This document shows, piece by piece, positions 55,782 to 61,444 of a stretch of 61,444 bases of DNA. The DNA is from an uncultured Pseudomonadales bacterium (lineage in GTDB: Bacteria > Patescibacteriota > Microgenomatia > UBA1400 > PJMF01). A program made the position numbers and the translations under genes. The notes beneath the pieces are model-generated. The model ran no database searches and had not been told where the DNA came from. It saw nothing but the letters and a program-made list of their open reading frames with translations. Position 1 is the first letter of the stretch. Each line of letters begins with the position of its first letter. Location: positions 1-61,444 of the forward strand of contig CAYVXV010000005.1 of NCBI GenBank assembly GCA_964455555.1, read 5' to 3'.

Positions 55782-56390
55782 TTAGGATGTTAGCTCATCA
55801 TAGCGGCGCAGTACCTCATCCCAGTTAACCAGATTCCACCAAGCTTCAATATAGTCTGCCCGCAAATTCTGGTATTTAAGGTAGTAAGCGTGTTCCCAAA
55901 CATCTAATCCAAGTACCGGTGTACCTTGATCCTCAGCCAAATCCATCAGCGGATTGTCTTGATTGGCAGTACTGGTAATTTTGAGCCCGCCATCAGCCGT
56001 AACAATCAGCCAAGCCCAACCGGATCCAAATCTGGTCGCTGCTGCCTTGGCAAACTCGTCTTTAAAATCTGCAAAAGAACCGAATTCCTCTGCAATGTGC
56101 TCAGCCAAAGATCCTGATGGCTCACCTCCGCCATCAGCAGACATGATTTCCCAGAAAAGATTGTGGTTATAGTAACCGCCACCATTGTTGCGCACAGCAG
56201 CCGGCTGTTTGGAAATCTCGGCCAGGATGTCCTCAATGCTTTTTGATTCCAAACCAGTGCCCTTTACAGCCTCATTTAAATTATTGGTGTATCCAGCGTG
56301 GTGTTTATCATGATGCACCCTCATGGTAGCTTCATCAATGTGGGGCTCCAAGGCATCATAAGCATAAGGTAAAGGTGGAAGTTCAAACAT
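55782..56390 (-). CDS. Fe/Mn superoxide dismutase
   Basis: [19 protein letters not shown] and DVWEHAYY motifs. Confidence 0.9.
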   Translation of the reverse strand: MFELPPLPYAYDALEPHIDEATMRVHHDKHHAGYTNNLNEAVKGTGLESKSIEDILAEISKQPAAVRNNGGGYYNHNLFWEIMSADGGGEPSGSLAEHIAEEFGSFADFKDEFAKAAATRFGSGWAWLIVTADGGLKITSTANQDNPLMDLAEDQGTPVLGLDVWEHAYYLKYQNLRADYIEAWWNLVNWDEVLRRYDELTS

Positions 56391-56501
56391 TTATCCTTTC
56401 AATTAATTATAGTGATAGGTCATCATACTCAACCACAACAGCAGTATTGTAAAAAAATTGTAAGAGTTATCCAAGTGTAGGATAAAGTGCTGCACAGCTG
56501 A

Positions 56502-57008
56502 TTATTTGGACTTGCGGGGTGTGTTTTTGAGAAAATCTATCTGCTTCTCAGAGAAAGCATTGGAAAAATTCTTGGCTTCCTCATAATCAAAACCATATAC
56601 TGAAATAGCTCCGGCTATCTGTGAAATAACAATACTGGAAACACCAAATAGTTTGTCCAGGAATGCTTGCTGGACATGCATGCTGCTGATTTGGTTGAGG
56701 GGTATAGAAACACTGGTTGAGTTAAAACCGGAAATTTCACAATTAACAGTTTTCTCTGTCAGCTCCACCGAAGTATCCTTAACGTGGAGTAATGAATCTA
56801 TCACCAGTCTGACCGCAAAAAGTGTGACTACAGCAAAGCTCAGTAATAAGACCAACCAACTCACTTCCGACAATTCTTGCTGCAAAACCAACGGAATTAC
56901 AATGGAGGCAGCCAAAAACATGATAGTAAAGTAAACTGCCCCTTTGGTAATTGAATAAAACGCGTTATTGGCAACTACAGCCACTGTGTTTTTGACCTCA
57001 ATTTTCAT
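56502..57008 (-). CDS. Membrane protein with bacterial PH (YdbS/YdbT-like) domain
   Basis: Two TM helices followed by a short beta-rich domain, as in bPH_2 proteins. Confidence 0.45.
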   Translation of the reverse strand: MKIEVKNTVAVVANNAFYSITKGAVYFTIMFLAASIVIPLVLQQELSEVSWLVLLLSFAVVTLFAVRLVIDSLLHVKDTSVELTEKTVNCEISGFNSTSVSIPLNQISSMHVQQAFLDKLFGVSSIVISQIAGAISVYGFDYEEAKNFSNAFSEKQIDFLKNTPRKSK

Positions 57009-57020
57009 AATCTCCCCAAG

Positions 57021-57359
57021 CTACTTCCTTTTTCTACTGCTTGCGCTAATAATTTCAAGAAATTCAAGCAACACATAACCAACAAAAGCATAGACAAACA
57101 TGGCAAATAAAGTCGTAAATTCAATTACATGAGCCCCACTCACCGAGGGTGTGGGAAAGGCAAAATAAAATGGCTCCAGCAGCGTGTGCGTACTCTCATA
57201 AACAAAAGATACAAACCCTGAGCGCGGGTCTGCTGCCAAAAGCTTGAGCAAAAATCTCAAAGCCAGAGACATCTCAATTAAACTAAAAGTAAAGGTGGCT
57301 AAGTCTTTAAGCAGACGCCTCATTTTCACTCCTTTCCGATTGATTATCCTCTTGATCAT
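57021..57359 (-). CDS. YggT-like small membrane protein
   Basis: LRFLLKLL...LLEPF pattern and two TM helices. The start is probably the internal Met. Confidence 0.4.
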   Translation of the reverse strand: MIKRIINRKGVKMRRLLKDLATFTFSLIEMSLALRFLLKLLAADPRSGFVSFVYESTHTLLEPFYFAFPTPSVSGAHVIEFTTLFAMFVYAFVGYVLLEFLEIISASSRKRK

Positions 57360-58200
57360 ACTCGTTGGTGATCCTGACCAGCTCTATAACCCTGTCCCTA
57401 GCAATGGTTTCCAGGTAATCCTGGGTATTGGCGAAATCAATTACACCCTCTTCATTGGCCGATGGCTCAGGCAGCTCTGCCCAAAGGACATCGCCGGCCA
57501 GAAAACCTTTGGCACCGCTTTCCAAAGAAGCACGTAGCTGTTCCTTGTAAAGCCCATAATCAACACCTTCCGCAGAATAAAGCCAAGGGATATCAAGTTC
57601 AGCAGTCACCGTCACTGCTGTTAAAGGATCAGCGGGAAAGGCTAAGGCAATCACGTCCGCACTCAATCTCAGTTCCTCAAGAGTTTGCAAAAGTGCTTCT
57701 TGTTGTGATTCCGGCGAATCGTTTTGCTCGACTTTAAACAATCTAAGCTGAAGCAGAAAATCTATACCCAAGTATTGGCAGTAGTCGTAGAGTTCAGCTA
57801 CAAACTGTTTTTTCTTCTTAGCCAGCAACTCACGCGGATGATAATAAAGCTCGAGTTTGGCTAAAGCATAATTGTTTTTAATATGTTCCAAACCCCAGTT
57901 GTCCATCAGAATCGGTAAAGCCAGCGGGTCAACAGCTGCAGTCCGCTTTTCCAGGCTTAAAATTAAACCCGTAGATTCTGACTTATCTACTATTGTATGA
58001 AAGTTATACTCAGGGCTGACAGATACTCCGGATACTTCTTCAGACAATGCCCTCATAGCCAATCTGCTAATTTGTTCAGCCACAAACTTGCCTTGCTCAT
58101 CTCGGAGATTAAGCTGAAGCTGTTCTGCCAACTGGGATATCCGGTCCAGCTCAAGCAAGGCATACATGCCCTGGCTTGTAGCAATAGAATTTGTCCGCAT
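57307..58200 (-). CDS. Class I aldolase-like protein (LacD/tagatose-bisphosphate aldolase family resemblance)
   Basis: By-eye colinearity with LacD: SPEYNF versus DPEYGL, LILSLEK versus LLLAYEK, KLELYYHP versus KFLLYYD, IDFLLQL versus IPFFLEL. Confidence 0.4.
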   Translation of the reverse strand: MRTNSIATSQGMYALLELDRISQLAEQLQLNLRDEQGKFVAEQISRLAMRALSEEVSGVSVSPEYNFHTIVDKSESTGLILSLEKRTAAVDPLALPILMDNWGLEHIKNNYALAKLELYYHPRELLAKKKKQFVAELYDYCQYLGIDFLLQLRLFKVEQNDSPESQQEALLQTLEELRLSADVIALAFPADPLTAVTVTAELDIPWLYSAEGVDYGLYKEQLRASLESGAKGFLAGDVLWAELPEPSANEEGVIDFANTQDYLETIARDRVIELVRITNEYDQEDNQSERSENEASA

Positions 58201-58276
58201 ACCTCTAGTATAGCTGATAAGCCCGTCTCAAGGGAGTAGCGCCATCAGATTCCTATTGGGGCTGGATTATGATGGA

Positions 58277-60595
58277 TTAGCGCCGGTCTCTGCCGCCACC
58301 GTAGCCACCGCCTCCTCTGTTTCCGCCCCGGTTGCCGCCCCTGAATGGAGGCCTGCTGCCGCCCCGGTTGCCGCCCCGGTTGCCGCCTCTGTTGCCGCCG
58401 TAGCCACCGCCGTTTGAACCGCCCCGGTCACCACTTCCCTGGCGCTGCTGCTGCTCTTCTTCTTCAGTGAGCATTGAGAGCCCAATCTTGCCGTCTTCCT
58501 TAATCTCGGCAATCCGGACATGAACTGTGTCACCAACTTTAACCTTTTCGCTGGCGTCATTGACATAGTCAACGGACATCCTGGATACATGCACCAGGCC
58601 TTCACGGCCCGGCAAGTATTCAACAAAGGCACCATAACTTTCAACCCTGGTAACATCGCCGTCGAATTCTTCACCGACTTCTATGACCCTCATCATGTTG
58701 TTGATAATGCGACTGGCGTGCTCAATTGCTTCTGCGTCAGTCGAAGAAATGTTGACCAAACCAAGTTCACGGTCTTTATCTTCCTCAACATTGATCTCTG
58801 CGCCTGAGCGCTCAATGATTTCCTTAATCATCTTACCTCCCGGCCCGATCAATTCTCCGATGCGGTCAGCTGGGATCTCAATCTGCTCAATCTTAGGAGC
58901 ATACTGGGAAATCTCAGTTCTCGGGGTATCAATTGCTTTAAGCATTTCATTCAAGATGTGCAAACGACCGACTTTAGACTGCTCCAAAGCCTGCTCCAAA
59001 ACCTTGCGGGGAATGCCCTTAAGCTTAATGTCCATCTGCATAGCTGTAACTCCTTCCTCTGTACCGGCAACTTTGAAGTCCATGTCACCGACATGGTCTT
59101 CCAAGCCCTGGATGTCAGAAAGGACTACATAATCCTTGCCGTCACTGATCATACCCATGGCAATTCCGGAAACCGGCCTCTTGAGAGGCACACCGGCAGC
59201 CATTAAAGATAGGGTCGAACCGCAAACCGCTCCTTGGGAAGTTGAGCCATTTGAGCTCATAACCTCGGACACCAAATGTATGGTGTATGGGAATTCTGCT
59301 TGCGAGGGGATCATTGGCGAAAGAGCGCGTTCAGCCAAAGCACCGTGGCCGATCTCCCTGCGCTTAGGATAGCCAAACCTGCCTGCTTCACCGGAAGCGT
59401 AGGGAGGCATATTATAATGGTGCATAAAGTGGCGGATTTCCTCACCCTTTAGGTGTTCAAGCCATTGTCCGAGTGAAGGGTTACCCAGAGTTGTAACAGT
59501 GACTACCTGAGTAGCGCCTCTCTTGAACATGGCGGAGCCATGAGTGCGGGGAAAGACATCAATTTCAGACCAAATCTGCCTGATCTCATCTGTTTTGCGT
59601 CCGTCAGGGCGCACACCATCATTTAGGATCATGTCGCGGGCATGCTGTTTTTGAAGGCGGTAAAGGGCTTCGCTAACGTCACCATCTTCAACCAACTCAT
59701 CTTCAGCTTTTCCGCTGTTGAGAGCCTCTAAAATTGCAGCCTTAACCTCGTCGCTGTTAGTATCTTGGAGCCGGCCTTTTTTATTGACCATCTCCCGGAT
59801 TTCTTTGCTGAATTGCTTGTCAATCTCAGCAGCCAAAGCATCGATGGCATCGGATGCTGCATTGTCGTCTTCAGAAATGAGCTCAACTTTTTCTTTGCCG
59901 ATCTCGCTGGCAATCTCATTGATTGTTTCGCACATGCCGCCAAGAAAATCTTGGGCTTTAACCAAGGCTTCAACAACGACTGACTCACTAACCTCATCAG
60001 CGCCAGCCTCGACCATAACCACATTATCCTGCGATCCGGCTACAATCAGGTCTAAACTGCTTGTTTCCCTCTCGGCTTCTGTGGGGTTAACTAAATATTC
60101 GCCTGTTTCCTTGTTGAAACCAATCCTCATGCCGGCAATCGGGCCGTCGAATGGGATTTCTGAAATGGCTAAGCCTACAGCACTAGCCAGCAAGCCAAGC
60201 ATGTCAGGGTCATTTTCACCGTCATAAGAAAAGACGGTATTAATTATTTGAACCTCGTTAGTCACACCCTCTGGGAAAAGTGGGCGGAGAGAACGGTCAA
60301 TTACCCTTGCCTTTAGAATTACATCGTCGGTGGGCCGGCCATCACGCTTAACCCAGCGCGAACCCTTAATAATGCCGCCTGCGTAAAGTTTTTCAACAAA
60401 CTCTACTGAAAGCGGAAAGTAGCCAAGATTAACTTTTCTTCCAAGTGCTACGGTGGTATGGACTACAGTTTCACCCATGCGGGCAATTACAGCAGCGCTG
60501 ACCTGTTCCGAAAAATGGCCGATTTCGAGATGGATGGTTTTATCGCCAACCTTAATCTCCTTTTTGTAAATATCAGGATATGTCGGGTAAGACAT
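58277..60595 (-). CDS. pnp: Polyribonucleotide nucleotidyltransferase (PNPase) with C-terminal RGG-repeat tail
   Basis: Two RNase PH domains, KH (GPGGKMIKEI) and S1 (GAFVEYLPGREGLVHVS), then about 50 aa of GGNRGG repeats. The start was trimmed to MSYPTYP. Confidence 0.9.
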   Translation of the reverse strand: MSYPTYPDIYKKEIKVGDKTIHLEIGHFSEQVSAAVIARMGETVVHTTVALGRKVNLGYFPLSVEFVEKLYAGGIIKGSRWVKRDGRPTDDVILKARVIDRSLRPLFPEGVTNEVQIINTVFSYDGENDPDMLGLLASAVGLAISEIPFDGPIAGMRIGFNKETGEYLVNPTEAERETSSLDLIVAGSQDNVVMVEAGADEVSESVVVEALVKAQDFLGGMCETINEIASEIGKEKVELISEDDNAASDAIDALAAEIDKQFSKEIREMVNKKGRLQDTNSDEVKAAILEALNSGKAEDELVEDGDVSEALYRLQKQHARDMILNDGVRPDGRKTDEIRQIWSEIDVFPRTHGSAMFKRGATQVVTVTTLGNPSLGQWLEHLKGEEIRHFMHHYNMPPYASGEAGRFGYPKRREIGHGALAERALSPMIPSQAEFPYTIHLVSEVMSSNGSTSQGAVCGSTLSLMAAGVPLKRPVSGIAMGMISDGKDYVVLSDIQGLEDHVGDMDFKVAGTEEGVTAMQMDIKLKGIPRKVLEQALEQSKVGRLHILNEMLKAIDTPRTEISQYAPKIEQIEIPADRIGELIGPGGKMIKEIIERSGAEINVEEDKDRELGLVNISSTDAEAIEHASRIINNMMRVIEVGEEFDGDVTRVESYGAFVEYLPGREGLVHVSRMSVDYVNDASEKVKVGDTVHVRIAEIKEDGKIGLSMLTEEEEQQQRQGSGDRGGSNGGGYGGNRGGNRGGNRGGSRPPFRGGNRGGNRGGGGYGGGRDRR

Positions 60596-60867
60596 AATTA
60601 TTCCTTTCTGTCCGCATATTCTGTCATGCGGTGACATGGGTGGATCAGTGAAGAGTATTCTGGAGAAGAAATTATGAAGTTCTCAGCTCTAAGATATACG
60701 CAATAGCGCACAACTTGCAACCGAGAACTTGAGATTATTTCCTCTCTCGAATTCTCTTGAGTGTCACCCTATATTATCTTTATAGTATACCATGCAACAG
60801 ACCTTTTTTTAATCCTCAGCTCCATTCTTTACTTTTATCACTCCAACACCTCATATTAACCGTTGTA

Positions 60868-60930
60868 TTATTCTGCCTGGTCTAATATCAGAATAGTACC
60901 AAGACAAAGTGCTATAAAATATGTAAGCAT
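60868..60930 (-). CDS. Candidate 20-aa hydrophobic mini-protein (MLTYFIALCLGTILILDQAE)
   Basis: An ATG preceded by a strong SD (AAAGGAGG, 5-nt spacer) in the rpsO-pnp intergenic region. The product would be a single hydrophobic helix. Confidence 0.35.
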   Translation of the reverse strand: MLTYFIALCLGTILILDQAE

Positions 60931-61021
60931 TTTGCCTCCTTTCTTTATGTAAACCGGTATTGTGGTGGAAACTTATATACCAGGTATAGGAAGGCGGTAA
61001 GAGTCAGGCAAGAGCAGCCAT

Positions 61022-61051
61022 TAAAAAGCCCCCGCCAAGGCGGGGGGGCTT
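61022..61051 (-). terminator. Rho-independent terminator (or attenuator) after rpsO
   Basis: AGCCCCCGCC-AA-GGCGGGGGGGCT hairpin followed by T5 on the minus strand, 14 nt after the rpsO stop. Confidence 0.8.
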
Positions 61052-61064
61052 TGAAAAGTTAAAA

Positions 61065-61334
61065 TTATTTGCTCAGCTCAAGGCGATCAATTAAAGCCCT
61101 GTAGCGCTCTTCGCTTCTGTCACGAAGGAAGTTGAGCAAGCGGCGGCGTTTAGCCACCTGTTTAAGTAAACCTCTTCTGGAGTGGTCATCTTTTTTGTGA
61201 ACTCCAAGATGGCTTGTCAGCTCCTGAACGGAAGCGGTAAGCAAGGCAATCTGAACCTCCGGAGAGCCGGTGTCGCCCTCAAAGAGCTGATAGTCCTTAA
61301 TAATTTGGGTTTTTTGGTCCTTTGTTAAGGCCAT
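61065..61334 (-). CDS. rpsO: 30S ribosomal protein S15
   Basis: [12 protein letters not shown]...[14 protein letters not shown]...[16 protein letters not shown]-type sequence, 89 aa after trimming the start. Confidence 0.9.
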   Translation of the reverse strand: MALTKDQKTQIIKDYQLFEGDTGSPEVQIALLTASVQELTSHLGVHKKDDHSRRGLLKQVAKRRRLLNFLRDRSEERYRALIDRLELSK

Positions 61335-61444
61335 GGTATCCTTTCTTGCCCTTACTCCGCGAGTTAAGCTGCTTGACTGCAGCAACCAACGGATAAAGTA
61401 ACCATTTATTTTATTAAGAATTGAATTATAGCATGACTCCTGGA

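Noticed and set aside
58267-60227. Alternative-frame and antisense ORFs inside pnp (58267-58674, 58683-59132, 59718-60227 and others)
   Set aside because: They lie entirely within the well-supported PNPase frame and have Ala/Ser/Thr/Gly-rich shadow composition. They are typical of GC-rich third-position artefacts.
1-61444. CRISPR arrays, cas genes, reverse transcriptases (retron, DGR, group II intron), transposases, integrases
   Set aside because: I saw no regularly spaced direct repeats with unique spacers. No ORF carries the YxDD, DDE or R..H..R..Y recombinase hallmarks. The repeats that do exist are explained as tRNA-derived or element duplications, or as coding low-complexity (RGG in pnp, NPDFT in the lipoprotein, P/Q in 16512-17585).

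Overview
The window reads as a chromosomal segment from a small-genome bacterium. Gene content suggests a Patescibacteria/CPR-like lineage, but this is inference only: many short lineage-specific ORFs, tightly packed and overlapping genes, salvage-type nucleotide and pentose enzymes, RNase J, and a SUF-only Fe-S system. I call about 70 CDS, 5 intact tRNAs (Arg-CCG, Ser-UGA, Arg-GCG, Ser-CGA, Val-CAC) and several intrinsic terminators. I see no rRNA, CRISPR array, integrase, transposase or reverse transcriptase. From about 19.5 kb to 61.4 kb the content is mostly housekeeping: typA, ftsK, rnj, UDG, rpiB-rpe-LOG-pfkB, a suf operon, sod, pnp and rpsO. The first 19.5 kb is a patchwork of visibly AT-richer accessory islets bounded by two repeat families. 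(i) An 85-nt tRNA/tmRNA-like element occurs twice (56-140 and 2705-2789) and brackets a 2.6-kb segment. That segment holds a GC-rich, hairpin-dense candidate RNA (176-370) and an apparently leaderless APH-like kinase gene. (ii) Degenerate copies of a tRNA-Ser 3-prime end, with or without about 60 nt of its downstream flank, lie at 1383-1470, 12910-12993, 16293-16375 and 19451-19483. These delimit a translationally coupled four-gene nucleoside/nucleotide-processing operon (13.2-16.2 kb) and a 1-kb islet next to tRNA-Ser(CGA) that carries a single HEPN-motif protein. Other oddities are listed below.
- A Nudix protein with a His/Gly/Cys-rich tail and a 544-aa orphan are both embedded in the suf operon.
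- There is a protease-less Lon AAA+ paralogue.
- PNPase carries an RGG-repeat tail.
- A strongly SD-preceded 20-codon hydrophobic mini-ORF sits between rpsO and pnp.
All functional calls come from motif recognition by eye; no database search was possible.
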